Below, one piece after another: positions 46,371 to 56,689 of a stretch of 64,000 nucleotides of DNA. The DNA is from Myxococcales bacterium (GTDB lineage Bacteria; Myxococcota_A; Polyangia; Polyangiales; Polyangiaceae): contig JANYHK010000120.1 in assembly GCA_025359105.1 (NCBI GenBank), positions 151,811-215,810 on the forward strand, given 5' to 3'. Every line of letters begins with the position of its first letter. Within the stretch, counting starts at the first letter, position 1. The notes beneath the pieces are model-generated. The model did not search any database, was not told the origin of the DNA, and saw nothing but the letters and a program-made list of their open reading frames with translations. A program made the position numbers and the translations under genes.

Positions 46371-49300
46371 ATGATGATCCGAATTCGGGCGGCCGCTACG
46401 TGCTGCGTTCTCTTGGTCACCGCAAGTGTCTCGGCGGAGCCGAGCAAAGATCCAGGAAAGCCGGCTCCGAGCTCCACGCCCAAGGAGATCCCGAAGCCCG
46501 ACCCCGTTAAACCGACTCCTGGCGGGCCGCCGGCACCGCCCGCCCCGACGGTACTCCCAAGTGTCGGCATCCCGACCGGAACCTCCTGGGACTTCGAGTT
46601 CGGGACGGCCGGATGGACGGCGACCGGAACCGCATTCGCGAACCAGCCGACCGCTGGCGACAACGTCGTGACCGAACGCGTCCGCGGCGACATGGAATTC
46701 GAGGCCGGCGGCATCGGCGGCGACTACTGGAAGCGCGTGCCCTACCCGATCGGCCATCACGCAGATTTCTGGATCGGGACGTACGAGAGTCACAACATCG
46801 CCAAGGCGCCTCTCGGGGGTGTTCAGGGTGAGGGGCCCACGGGGACGCTCACGTCCGCCGAGTTCCCTCTCGATGAGGCCCACCGCTTCATCGCGTTCCA
46901 GCTCGGCGGCGGGAACGATATGGCGACCGAGCGTGTGGAGCTTCAGGTCCGCGGCAACAACGAGAAGGACATCGCCGACCTCGATCGACTCTATGCCGGA
47001 CTTCGCGCACTGGCCACGCTTCCGGGGCTTGGAGGCGGAGGCAGCTCAAACACGTTCGTCGGGGTGGACGGTAAGTTCGTCGTCACCCTCGCTGCGACCG
47101 GTCAAAACTCGGAGGTCATGCGACACGTCGTCTTCGAGGTGCCGCCGGCTCTCCGCGGTCGCAGCGGACGGATCCGGATCGTCGACAACTCCAATCGTGC
47201 TTGGGGGCACATCAGCGTCGACGATTTCCGCTTCGCCGCAGCGGCACCGGCCCCACGCCCTTTGCGCGTCTGGGGATTCGCGGACACCCACGCGCATCCC
47301 ATGAACGATCTCGCCTTCGGCGGGGGCGTGATCCAGGGATCGCTCTACGCACGGGACGGTTCGGCCTATGGAACGGAGGCCTTTCGGAGGGCCGCGCTCC
47401 CGCCGCTGTTCGAAAGGCTCAACTGGGGAGCGCTCGGAGCGGCGGTGGGAGCGACCGCCTCCTTCAGCAACTTGCTGACGCCGTTCCTTTCCCTTTCGAC
47501 ACCGCTCGGGACGCCCTTCATCCCTCCGATCCCCCTCGATCCAGCAACCGGCGCGGCCGCCGCGCTGGTTGCGAAGGCGGCGACGCTGCCCATGCGCATG
47601 GGCTATCCCGACATGCGCGCCTACCCCACGACGAGCATGATGGCGGGCCAGACGGTGTACAGCGAGTGGATCCGTCGCTCTTACGACGGTGGCCTGCGCC
47701 TGATGTCGGCTCTCGCGGTCAACACCTGGGTGGTCAGCGCGCATCCCCTCAAGAAAGCCGTGATCGGTTCGTCGGCGCCCGAGGATGACAAGGGCAGCGC
47801 GGACCTGCAGATCGCGGACGTCAAGACCTGGGCGCAAAGGCCGGAGAACCGCGGCTGGGTCGAGATCGCGCTCACGCCGATGGACGCGCGACGAATCATC
47901 GGCGCCAACAAGCTCGCCATCATCATCGGGGTCGAGCTCGACTCCATCGGTAACTTCGTTCCCAACTCCCACTGGCAGAAGCCCGGTGCGGTCGTCATGC
48001 CGGCGGATCACGCCCAGCAGCGGAGACTCATCGCGGCGGAGCTGGATCGCCTCTACGCCGAGGGGGTGCGGCAGATCGGGCCGTTCCATTACGTGTCGGG
48101 CGTGTTCGGTGGCGCCGCGATGTTCCAGCGCATGTTCAACGACGTGAACCGCGCGATCTCGGGTACCAACGTCAAGGTCGACAGCGGTGATGCTCTGGGC
48201 ATCCGCTACCGTCTCGACATGGACAGCTGGGGTGGCACCGGTCCGCTGTCCCGCACGGCCATCACGGGCGACTCGGCGGCGCAGCAAAGCGATGCGAGCT
48301 GGGCAACGACCGGGCATGGTCACATCAACAACGAGGAGCTCGAGCCCGCCGGCGAGATCATGTTCGAGGAGCTCGCGCGCCGCGGGATGATCATCGACCT
48401 CGACCACGCGGGGTACAAGACGACGAAGGGGCTCCTGACGAAGGCGATGACCACGCACTACCCGGTGATGTCGTCGCACACCGACTACATGGAGCTGGCC
48501 TTCACCGGTCCAGGCACGTACACGCACGGCGCCCAGGTCGACAATGACGTCGACAACGCGAGGCTGTTCGACACGACGAGCCAGGGACCGCTGCGCCACG
48601 AGGGCCAGGCATCGCGCGTCAAGATCGAGACGATCGCGAGCCTCGGCGGCGTGACGGGCGCCATCCTGTGGCTACCGCGGCGGCTCGCCTGGGGGAAGGC
48701 CATCCCGAACGACAACGACGGATCGTCGAAGACCTGGGCGCAGAGTTACCAGTACGCGGTCGAGGTGATGGGAGGCCATGGCGTCGCGCTGTCGACGGAC
48801 CGGATCACCCTCGGCCCCCGCTTCGGGCCGAACTCCGCCTATCTGCTCGGCGAGGAGCACGTCACGTTGCCGCGCCGCGACGAGCGCCGGTTTACGCAGG
48901 TCGACGCGCAGCGCAATGGCGTGCGTTACAGCAACAGAACCCCCATGATCGAGTGGCGTGCGTTCCGGTTCGGATCGGGCGCATGGCAGAAGACCCCGCT
49001 CGAGGGCGACAACAAATGGGAGTCGCGGCCGCTGGAGCACGAGGACGCGTGGAAGGCGATCGCCGCATATACGGCGGGCCGCAATCCACGCACGATGCCG
49101 CGGTACGGCAACGCTCCGGACGGCGATCCGCGCAAGGTACCGAACCACGGCATCGATCTCTCCGCAGATCACAACCGGCCCGAGAGGATTATCAACTACG
49201 CGTGGGGCCTGGGGTCGAGCGGCGAGGCCGACCTCGAGGCGTTCTGCGGCGTTGGCTGCGACAACGACACACTCGCCGAGCGCTACGCGGCGTACTGCGT

Positions 49301-49637
49301 GAGGACGGGCTTCACGGCGTCGCATCTCCCGCCACGACGACAAACCCTCCCGAGGCTCGCGGACAATATCCGCTGGTTTTCGACCGTATGGAACCAGTGG
49401 GGGCGGATGAGCGGCACCAACAGCCCGCTCCGCCGGCTCGTGTTCGGCAACCGCGACTACGACGTCAACATCGACGGAGTCGCGCACTACGGGATGCTCC
49501 CTGACTTCCTGCAGGACGTGGCCAACTCGCACCCCCGGCCCGCGGAGGTGGGCACGTACCTCAAGCCCCTGTTCAGCTCGGCCGAGGACTACATCCAGAT
49601 GTGGGAGAAGGCCTGGGCTGTCGCGGGTCGACACTAG
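46371..49637 (+). CDS. large secreted protein (1088 aa) with a membrane-dipeptidase (peptidase M19)-like C-terminal region
   Basis: Signal MMIRIRAAATCCVLLVTASVSA and a Pro-rich linker. M19-like motifs: FADTHAHPMNDL, IIDLDHAGYKTT, MSSHTDYME, GHGVALSTDRI. Confidence 0.65.
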   Translation: MMIRIRAAATCCVLLVTASVSAEPSKDPGKPAPSSTPKEIPKPDPVKPTPGGPPAPPAPTVLPSVGIPTGTSWDFEFGTAGWTATGTAFANQPTAGDNVVTERVRGDMEFEAGGIGGDYWKRVPYPIGHHADFWIGTYESHNIAKAPLGGVQGEGPTGTLTSAEFPLDEAHRFIAFQLGGGNDMATERVELQVRGNNEKDIADLDRLYAGLRALATLPGLGGGGSSNTFVGVDGKFVVTLAATGQNSEVMRHVVFEVPPALRGRSGRIRIVDNSNRAWGHISVDDFRFAAAAPAPRPLRVWGFADTHAHPMNDLAFGGGVIQGSLYARDGSAYGTEAFRRAALPPLFERLNWGALGAAVGATASFSNLLTPFLSLSTPLGTPFIPPIPLDPATGAAAALVAKAATLPMRMGYPDMRAYPTTSMMAGQTVYSEWIRRSYDGGLRLMSALAVNTWVVSAHPLKKAVIGSSAPEDDKGSADLQIADVKTWAQRPENRGWVEIALTPMDARRIIGANKLAIIIGVELDSIGNFVPNSHWQKPGAVVMPADHAQQRRLIAAELDRLYAEGVRQIGPFHYVSGVFGGAAMFQRMFNDVNRAISGTNVKVDSGDALGIRYRLDMDSWGGTGPLSRTAITGDSAAQQSDASWATTGHGHINNEELEPAGEIMFEELARRGMIIDLDHAGYKTTKGLLTKAMTTHYPVMSSHTDYMELAFTGPGTYTHGAQVDNDVDNARLFDTTSQGPLRHEGQASRVKIETIASLGGVTGAILWLPRRLAWGKAIPNDNDGSSKTWAQSYQYAVEVMGGHGVALSTDRITLGPRFGPNSAYLLGEEHVTLPRRDERRFTQVDAQRNGVRYSNRTPMIEWRAFRFGSGAWQKTPLEGDNKWESRPLEHEDAWKAIAAYTAGRNPRTMPRYGNAPDGDPRKVPNHGIDLSADHNRPERIINYAWGLGSSGEADLEAFCGVGCDNDTLAERYAAYCVRTGFTASHLPPRRQTLPRLADNIRWFSTVWNQWGRMSGTNSPLRRLVFGNRDYDVNIDGVAHYGMLPDFLQDVANSHPRPAEVGTYLKPLFSSAEDYIQMWEKAWAVAGRH

Positions 49638-49658
49638 AGCGGGGATTGCGGCTGCGGT

Positions 49659-52600
49659 TCAATTGGCGTTGGCGGCACCGGGGGTGGCGGCCGACGAGAG
49701 CTTCCAATCGGCCTGTGCGTCGTTCGTGTCGGCGCCGTTCGGCAGGCGGCAGAGCGAGCCCGGCGCCGTGTTCGAGTCGGCGACGCTGGCGGCGAGCGCC
49801 GTGCCCTCGACCAGGCTCACCGTCCCCACGACCGGCAGGACGGCGGCGAGGATGGAGCCCTCGTACGACAGCGCGTCGACGAGCTTGTTCGCCTGCGTGT
49901 CGACGAGCGCGACGCCGTCCGGCGCGCCGTTCTGCACGATGTCGGTGAGTGCGCCGAGATCGATCTTGAGCGCGCCCGCGGCGGCGGTGACGCTGCTCGC
50001 GCCTACGACGAGGTATTGCCCTGGCGCGAGCGTGCCCGCGGGACCGAGGTCCACCGTCTTGTAGACGGCGTTGTTCGCGCCGTTGACGAGGAAGAGGGTG
50101 TACCCGGTCAGATCGATGGCCGCGGCCGACCCGTTGTAGATCTCGACGAACTCGGCGTTGTCGGTTCCCACGTTGTCGTAGTCGACTTCGTTGATGACGA
50201 GGCCGCCGGCGGCGACCTGCAGCGTCAAGGTCGCGTTCAGCGTGGTGGCGCCGAGCGTCGCGCCGACGGTAGCGCTCGTCACCGTGGTCGCGTCGACGTA
50301 CGTGAACGTGGCGGTGGTCTGATCGGCGCCCACCGTTACCGTCGCCGGGATCGTGCCGGCGTTCGCGGGTGCGAGGGCCAAGGTGATCGCCGTTCCGCCG
50401 GCGGGGGCCGGGATGTCGAGGCCGACCGTGTACGTCGTCGTCCCGCCCGGCGCGAGGACGAGGGTGGGCGGCGTCAGCGACTTCAGCGCCGGGACCTCCG
50501 CGGCGGCGACGACCCGAACTGTCGCCGTCCGCGTCTGCGCGCCGAGCGTCGCCGTGAGCGTGACCGACGCGGCCTGCTGCAAGCCGTTGACGAGCACCTG
50601 AGCGCTCGTCTGACCGGCGAGCACCGTGGCGCCGCCGCCCGCGACCGTGAGGCTGGCCGCGTCGCTCGACGCCATCGCGACGAACGTGTCGACGGTCGGC
50701 GCCGAAGTGAGCGAGACGGTGAGCGGCACGGGCAAGGTGGCCGTGCCCGCTTGGCCGACGCGCGCGAAGCTCGATGCTTCGTTGAACGCGCTCAGCTGCG
50801 CGGGACCAACCACCACGTCGGTCGCGGCGCGCGGCTCGAGCTTGGAGTTGCCGTTCTTGAAATCGAGCACGCCGGTGATCGACGTGAAGAGCGTCCCCAC
50901 CGTCGGGAACGGAGCGGTGAGATGCAAGAGATCGTTCACGCGCAGCGCCGCGTCGACCGCGAACTCGTTGGTCGGCGCTGTGTCGCCGGCGCCGGGGGCA
51001 GGCGCGGCGTCGGTGACGGTCACCGCCGCGACCTGCACGACGACGCCCTCGAGCGCCGCCGCCTTCGGCCCGCCCGTCACGACGTCGGCGGGGGTCACGA
51101 CGACCGGATCGGGGGGCACCTCGCTCGCCGACGTCACGACGGTGACCGCCGGGGCGGTGAGCTCGGTCTCGCCGCCGAAGACGGCGACCGCCGCGCTCGT
51201 CACCGTCACGCGATCGCCCACGTTCACGGGGCTCCCGCTCTGGAAGACGAAGATGCCGGAGTAGTCGGTGCCCGCGTAGCCGGGATCGCCGGCCTTCGCC
51301 TGCAAGTAGAAGCCGGTCGCCGCCTTGCCGGTGACGAGCGTGTTCGCGATCGAGACCGACGTGCCGACCGGCACGGTCCCTTTCTTGATGTCGTAGATCG
51401 TGGCCGGGCACGCGAGCGCGCCGGGGTTCGCCGTCTTCGGGCACGCGTCGCAGGCGTCCCCCTTGCCGTCGCCGTCCGCGTCGGCCTGGTCGGGGTTGGC
51501 GAGGGTGGGGCAATTGTCGGCGCCGTTGGCGACGCCGTCGCCGTCGGAGTCGTTGGCGTCGAACTTCTTGCAGGTCGTCGTGTTCGCGTCGAGCGGGCAC
51601 ACGTCGCACGCGTCGCCCGCGCCGTCGCCGTCGGCGTCGGCCTGCTTGCCGCCGTCCATCGGGCGGATTGGGTTGAACACCTTCTTGCAGTCGTCGCTCG
51701 CGTCGGGGATGCCGTCGCCGTCGCCGTCGGTCGCCGACGGGACGCCCGTGTACACGGTGGAGCCGGAGACGCTCTTGGGCCGCCGGGGCGTGCACGAAGG
51801 CTCGTTCGTCGGCGTGCCGCAGAAGAACGCCGGGTAGATGTTCGCGCCCGCCGCGGTCTTGAGCGCCGCGAGGTTCTTGCCGAACTCGTCTTGGAGGCAC
51901 ACCTTCTTCGCGGTCCCGCACACGTCGAGCGCGTCGCACGCGGCGGCCGTCGCCGTCGTCACGATCCCGTCGTCGCCGTAGAGCACCTTGCCGGCGCGCA
52001 TGACCATGACGACGTCTTGCGGCGCCGCGTCGATGACGGCGCGGTGATCCTTGTGGTCCTTGCCCGCGAAGACGGTAACGTCGCCGATCTTGCCGACCAC
52101 CAGATCGCCGATGACGTCGTCGGTCGCCGTGGCGCGCGCGGCGTCGACGGTGACCATGCGCCAGAGCGCGACGTCGCTGAAGAAGGCGTCGAAGTACGTC
52201 TTGTTGAAGGTGTCGGCGCACTTCAGCTCACGCGCGAGGTTCATCGAGCCGGTGGCGATCCAGTCGGTGCCCAGCGCGATGCGCACGCCGAGGCGCGCGG
52301 CCTCTGGCACTTCGGCGGTGTCACCGTAGAGCGTGATGTTGGAACGCGGGGACCAGATGACCGAACCGCCGCGCTGGCCGATGTCGGCGTAGTCGGCGGC
52401 GGTTAGGCCGATCGAGTGGATCATCGCCGTCTTCGGCGCGACGAGGTCCTGCCCGCCGCCGGTCGTGGTGCTGAGGCACGTGAACTCGTTCTTCGCGAAG
52501 TCGCTGATCCCCTCGGCGACGTGCGGCAAGAAGGCGTCGTCGCCGGCGATCGAAGCCGCCGTTCGAATGGAGGGGTATCCGCAGCCCGACGTGAGCTGCG

Positions 52601-53432
52601 TCGAGTTCGAGTCGCCGAGCGGGAAGGTCTCGAAGTCGACGGGCTTCTGCGCGAGGCCGATCTCGTCGGCCGCCTTGTCGAGGTTTCTGAGGAGGCCGGC
52701 GACGCTGCCCGAGCCGACCGTCGACGTCGCGCCGCTCAAGAGGAAGCGCAGCTCCGCCCAGCGGACCTGGTCGGGGGTCGCGCCGCCCGGCGTCGTGAGC
52801 TTGGTGTGTCCATTCTTGCCGGAGCGCCAGTCGTGGCGGTGCTCGTAGCGCTCGCCGGTGTCGGTGTACGGGCTGTTCTGCGCGTAGGTGATGTGATCGT
52901 GCGTGTTGATGAGGGCGGCGGAGACGACGCCGGTCGGGCACGTGATGACCGTCGCGCCCTGCGCCTTCGCCTCGCAGTCGCAGCCGACGCAGGCGATGGC
53001 GCCCTTGTCGTCGATCAGCACCGCGCCGCCGCGGTACGTCTTCTCGGAGGTGAGCACCGTGCCGACGACGAGCTTCGTCGCGCTCCCGGCGGTGACCGCA
53101 CACGTCCCGGTCGCCAGCGGCGCGAGCGTCTTGCACGTGATCTCGGGCAGGCCGCCGGGGGGCGGCGCCGTCTCCTTCAGGCACCCCGCCGAGCAGCCGT
53201 CGCCGTCCTTCGTGTTGCCGTCGTCGCACTGCTCGCCGTTCTCGACCGCGCCGTTCCCGCAGACCGGCAGGCCCCCTTCGCTCAGGCACTCACCGTTCGG
53301 GCACCCGGCGTCGGCGCCGGTGTCGACGTTCGAGCTCGCGCTGCCGCACGCGGCGACGGCGACGAGGCAGAACAAGAGGAGGCTGGAGACGAGAGCCAGA
53401 GGAAGGAGCGCCAACGACGGGGTGCGAGGCAT
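49659..53432 (-). CDS. large multidomain secreted lipoprotein (Myxococcus-type Cys-rich repeat + amidohydrolase + thrombospondin type-3 Ca-binding repeats + C-terminal lamin-tail domain)
   Basis: Lipobox [35 protein letters not shown] (Cys-rich repeat), LINTHDHI (amidohydrolase metal site), [12 protein letters not shown] and [15 protein letters not shown] (TSP3 repeats), [36 protein letters not shown] (lamin-tail domain). Confidence 0.8.
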   Translation of the reverse strand: MPRTPSLALLPLALVSSLLLFCLVAVAACGSASSNVDTGADAGCPNGECLSEGGLPVCGNGAVENGEQCDDGNTKDGDGCSAGCLKETAPPPGGLPEITCKTLAPLATGTCAVTAGSATKLVVGTVLTSEKTYRGGAVLIDDKGAIACVGCDCEAKAQGATVITCPTGVVSAALINTHDHITYAQNSPYTDTGERYEHRHDWRSGKNGHTKLTTPGGATPDQVRWAELRFLLSGATSTVGSGSVAGLLRNLDKAADEIGLAQKPVDFETFPLGDSNSTQLTSGCGYPSIRTAASIAGDDAFLPHVAEGISDFAKNEFTCLSTTTGGGQDLVAPKTAMIHSIGLTAADYADIGQRGGSVIWSPRSNITLYGDTAEVPEAARLGVRIALGTDWIATGSMNLARELKCADTFNKTYFDAFFSDVALWRMVTVDAARATATDDVIGDLVVGKIGDVTVFAGKDHKDHRAVIDAAPQDVVMVMRAGKVLYGDDGIVTTATAAACDALDVCGTAKKVCLQDEFGKNLAALKTAAGANIYPAFFCGTPTNEPSCTPRRPKSVSGSTVYTGVPSATDGDGDGIPDASDDCKKVFNPIRPMDGGKQADADGDGAGDACDVCPLDANTTTCKKFDANDSDGDGVANGADNCPTLANPDQADADGDGKGDACDACPKTANPGALACPATIYDIKKGTVPVGTSVSIANTLVTGKAATGFYLQAKAGDPGYAGTDYSGIFVFQSGSPVNVGDRVTVTSAAVAVFGGETELTAPAVTVVTSASEVPPDPVVVTPADVVTGGPKAAALEGVVVQVAAVTVTDAAPAPGAGDTAPTNEFAVDAALRVNDLLHLTAPFPTVGTLFTSITGVLDFKNGNSKLEPRAATDVVVGPAQLSAFNEASSFARVGQAGTATLPVPLTVSLTSAPTVDTFVAMASSDAASLTVAGGGATVLAGQTSAQVLVNGLQQAASVTLTATLGAQTRTATVRVVAAAEVPALKSLTPPTLVLAPGGTTTYTVGLDIPAPAGGTAITLALAPANAGTIPATVTVGADQTTATFTYVDATTVTSATVGATLGATTLNATLTLQVAAGGLVINEVDYDNVGTDNAEFVEIYNGSAAAIDLTGYTLFLVNGANNAVYKTVDLGPAGTLAPGQYLVVGASSVTAAAGALKIDLGALTDIVQNGAPDGVALVDTQANKLVDALSYEGSILAAVLPVVGTVSLVEGTALAASVADSNTAPGSLCRLPNGADTNDAQADWKLSSAATPGAANAN

Positions 53433-53733
53433 GGGTGGGGCAAGCTACCCCAGGTTTCGTGTTGTGCACGTCCGTCGGGGAAGTTCTCGCCCCGATGACG
53501 CGTGGTCGTCACCGTTCGGTAACGCCTCCAGGCTCTGCCGAGGGGCATTTCTCCGCAAGCGGGCAAGCGGTGCACGCCGGTCGCGTGCGCCGGCAGAGGT
53601 TCTGCGCTTTGCGGAGCGCGCGAAGGACGTCTCGCAGCGGCAGCCTCTTCACGGAGACCATTCCATCTGGAGCTTTTCGTGCGTCGATATTCCGTGGTGC
53701 CGTGTGCCGTTTGGCCATACCGTCCATATAGCA

Positions 53734-54033
53734 ATGGCATCCGTCCCCGCGCGCCCCTCCCAGAAGCTCTTTCACGTCCTCGTCGCCGGCGGGATCGCGA
53801 TGGCCACTCCGGCGTGCTCGAGCGATCCGGCGCAGAGCAGCAGCGACTCCGGCGCCTCGGACGGGTCCACGGGCTCCGCGGACGCCGGCGACGCCGCGTC
53901 GGACAGCGGGTCGCCGACCGACGCCGCCGGCAACCGGGATGTCGCCGACACGGGCATCTCCGACGCGCTGGCGGCCGCGGACGCTTGCCTCAACAGGCCC
54001 GGCGATTGTTCGCACGGTCTCTGTAGCTGGTGA
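53734..54033 (+). CDS. small hypothetical secreted lipoprotein (99 aa)
   Basis: MASVPARPSQKLFHVLVAGGIAMATPACSS, a D/S/G-rich body, and a C-terminal CLNRPGDCSHGLCSW. High GC3. The stop lies 3 nt before the GTG of the ferritin-like gene. Confidence 0.5.
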   Translation: MASVPARPSQKLFHVLVAGGIAMATPACSSDPAQSSSDSGASDGSTGSADAGDAASDSGSPTDAAGNRDVADTGISDALAAADACLNRPGDCSHGLCSW

Positions 54034-54036
54034 GCC

Positions 54037-54735
54037 GTGCGGGCGGAGATCCGCACCGCGGCCGGTAAGGCGTGGGCCTTTCGTCACTGGGTCGAGCGCG
54101 ACGCAGAGGCCCGCTTCTCGAGGCTCGCGGGGCGTCTCGAGCGCATCGGAACGCCCGCGTCGCTCGTCGCCAAGACGCACGACGCCTCGCGGGACGAGGG
54201 GCGTCACGCAGAGCTGTGCGCGGAGCTCGCGCAGCGCTACGAGCACCGGCTCCAAAAGTCCGACGAGCGCCCGACCGAGATTGCTCCGAAGCGCCTCTCG
54301 TCTCGCGAGCGAGTCCTCTACGAAGTGGCGGCGTTCTGCCTCGCCGAGACGGAGAGCTCGGTCATGCTCGTCACGCTCACCCAGCACGTGCGCGACCCGG
54401 GGATGCGCAAGGTCCTGCGCGAGCTGTCGCGCGATGAGGTGGCGCACGCGAGGCTCGGCTGGGCGGTGCTGGCGAGCCACAAGGATACCGACGATCTCTC
54501 CTTCCTCGCGCGGTGGATCCCGTGGATGTTGAACACCACCGCCGGCGACACGTTCCGGCGAGACACCAAGGGCCCTGAGGACCGCACGCTCGTCGAGCAC
54601 GGCGTCCTGCCGTATTCGCTGCGCCGCAAGGTCTTCGTCGATGCGCTCGAGGACGTGGCCTTTCCCGGGCTCGACGCGCTCTCGATCGATGCCAGCGCGT
54701 CGCGCGCGTGGCTCGCGAAGCTGGTTGCCGCGTGA
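54037..54735 (+). CDS. ferritin-like di-iron-carboxylate domain protein
   Basis: GTG start. Four-helix-bundle ligand pattern E...DEGRH...ETES...DEVAH. Confidence 0.7.
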   Translation: MRAEIRTAAGKAWAFRHWVERDAEARFSRLAGRLERIGTPASLVAKTHDASRDEGRHAELCAELAQRYEHRLQKSDERPTEIAPKRLSSRERVLYEVAAFCLAETESSVMLVTLTQHVRDPGMRKVLRELSRDEVAHARLGWAVLASHKDTDDLSFLARWIPWMLNTTAGDTFRRDTKGPEDRTLVEHGVLPYSLRRKVFVDALEDVAFPGLDALSIDASASRAWLAKLVAA

Positions 54736-54921
54736 CCTCTCTGTAGCGAAGGGCGAGGCCGAGCCCGACGTCCCCGCGTAGGACCAGGTGCCGCGGCCAG
54801 ACGCAGCCTCCCGAAGGGTGCTTCACGTGGTTGGGGGACAGGTACGCATCCAGCGTCGCGCGCAGGTCCCCAGCGTCCTCCGAAACGCCTCCGAGACACG
54901 GCGCCGACCCGGCGCGCTAAC

Positions 54922-55389
54922 TCAGCAACCCGACGGCTTCTGAACGCACTTCGCCCCTGCCAGCTCGCAGTAGTACCCGCTGTAGCAACCGTTCGCCTGG
55001 CAGGGGTGCGTCCCGCATGAGTGGCACGGGGCGCTCTTCGACGGCGGCGCGTAGCCGGCGCACGTCCCGCCGCTGGAGCTCGACGCGCCGCTGGAGCTCG
55101 ACGAGCTGCTGGAGCTCGACGAGCTCGACGAGGAGCCGCCGCCCGACGAGCTGGACCCCGTGGCGCCGGAGCTCGAGGATGTGCTCGACCCGCCACTCGA
55201 CGAGCTCGCGGGGGCGGAGGACGAGCCGGAGCTCGACGACGTCGTGCCCGATGCGCCGTCGTGGGCACCGGCGTCGTCGCCGGGCCCTGGCGGATCGGTC
55301 CCCGCAGCGGTCCCGGTGCCGACGGCGCACGCGGTGAGGAGCAGAAGGGTCAGAAGTCGTCCGACAACCGTCATTCGAAACCCGTTCAT
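54922..55389 (-). CDS. Ser-rich low-complexity lipoprotein with Cys-rich C-terminus
   Basis: Real start ATG 55389 (MNGFRMTVVGRLLTLLLLTACAVG, lipobox), a poly-Ser/Gly tract, and a C-terminal CHSCGTHPCQANGCYSGYYCELAGAKC. Confidence 0.55.
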   Translation of the reverse strand: MNGFRMTVVGRLLTLLLLTACAVGTGTAAGTDPPGPGDDAGAHDGASGTTSSSSGSSSAPASSSSGGSSTSSSSGATGSSSSGGGSSSSSSSSSSSSSSSGASSSSGGTCAGYAPPSKSAPCHSCGTHPCQANGCYSGYYCELAGAKCVQKPSGC

Positions 55390-55603
55390 GGGCACCTCGG
55401 CGCGGGGGATGTAGCTCGCGGCGGCGGAGCGGGCAACGAAAGTTGGCTCGATGCAGCCCGAAAAAGCCCTGATGGACCGCACACCCACATCGCCCGCGAC
55501 CCAAGAAGTCCCGCGTGGATTACGGCGTCGTCGCGTGGACCTCGACTTCTCGGGCACCGCCAAGCGCGGGCCACGGCAAATCCGGTCCATCTCGGGAACG
55601 AAC

Positions 55604-56689
55604 ATGAGGTCTGTCGGGTTCGTGGCGTTCGCGTGCCTCGTCGCAGCTTGCGGCACGACGAGCAACGGGAGCAGTGGCAGCTCGGGCACCAGCGGGGGCA
55701 GCGGCAGCTCGGGCACGAGCGGCGGTTCGGGCGACAGCGGCGTTCCGACCGATAGCGGTGCGCCCGGCAGCGGGACCATCGCCGGAGACGTCGGCGGCGT
55801 CCCGGTCAACACCGTCGCCATGGCGCTGTGGATCGGCGCGCCCGACGATTCGACCACGACGGTCGTGTACCTGTTCTCGAAGGTGGTCGACTGCACGAAG
55901 CTCCATCCCGCGGGCTGGGCCGACGACGGCCGCATCCCGCCGGGCACACAGTTCCGCGCGCCTCTGAGCTTTCCTTGCCGCCAGCGCAGTCGGGCGCCGC
56001 GGTGGTGCGCGCCACCACGGTGTGGGTCGGGGCCGTTGCATGGCGTGCAACGCTGTGGCCGCGCCCGCAACGGCGTCGGACACCTTGGTCGTGGATATTC
56101 CATGGGTTTTTCGATGGACGGCAACGTGCAATGGCAGACCTCGGAGGCCCGCATGAACCCGCAAGGCGCAGCACCTTGGTTCGACGAGGGAAACGAAGGT
56201 CACCGGGCGACGCGGTGTGAGCTCGCCGACGCCTGCTGGGCCGGCATCACCGAGTTCCTGTGGCTCGAGCCGACGGACGTGCACGCCCTCGGGGATTGGT
56301 TCCGCGCGTACGAGCAGCTGACGCGCCCCGATCGAGCGCCGGGACGCGCTGCGTTCACGCCCGTCGCGCCGATGCCGCCGCTGGAGGCGCTCGTGCGGAG
56401 CGCCCAGCGCGACGTGCTCGAACAGCTCGCGCGCCTGGCGGAGGAGGAGGGCTTCGCGGTCGTGGCCGACGTTCTGGCGCAGCGCGGCCTTGTCCTCGAG
56501 GGCGCGGGCTGGGTCCCGGTCCGCCGCCGCTACATGAAGCTCGCCGAGCGCGTCATGAGCCTGGTCGCCGCGGCGCACCTCAACGAGGTCGACCGCGGGC
56601 CTGCAGCGTCGGGACGCCGAACCTCGGGCACCATGATCGTTCGATCCATCGACGACTGCACCGGGCGGGACGACGGGAGGTCCGCATGA
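55604..56689 (+). CDS. hypothetical lipoprotein whose C-terminal domain is paralogous to the product of the next gene
   Basis: MRSVGFVAFACLVAACGTTS lipobox and a (GSS)n linker. C-terminal EFLWLEPTDV...GFAVVADVLAQRGLVLEGAGWVPVRRRYMKLAERVMSLVAAAHLN closely matches the next ORF. Confidence 0.65.
   Translation: MRSVGFVAFACLVAACGTTSNGSSGSSGTSGGSGSSGTSGGSGDSGVPTDSGAPGSGTIAGDVGGVPVNTVAMALWIGAPDDSTTTVVYLFSKVVDCTKLHPAGWADDGRIPPGTQFRAPLSFPCRQRSRAPRWCAPPRCGSGPLHGVQRCGRARNGVGHLGRGYSMGFSMDGNVQWQTSEARMNPQGAAPWFDEGNEGHRATRCELADACWAGITEFLWLEPTDVHALGDWFRAYEQLTRPDRAPGRAAFTPVAPMPPLEALVRSAQRDVLEQLARLAEEEGFAVVADVLAQRGLVLEGAGWVPVRRRYMKLAERVMSLVAAAHLNEVDRGPAASGRRTSGTMIVRSIDDCTGRDDGRSA

Noticed and set aside
49573-52406. 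882-aa(-) and 796-aa(+) ORFs overlapping the 1257-aa multidomain lipoprotein gene
   Set aside because: R/G/D-rich junk frames. The 49659..53432 minus frame carries real domain motifs.
55900-56160. Possible frameshift inside the lipoprotein gene 55604..56689, where the Cys/Arg-rich stretch CRQRSRAPRWCAPPRCGSG looks odd and an alternative frame gives a hydrophobic beta-like peptide
   Set aside because: GC3 stays highest in the annotated frame throughout, and the frame rejoins paralog-conserved sequence without a shift. I kept the single ORF, but read-level verification would be cheap.
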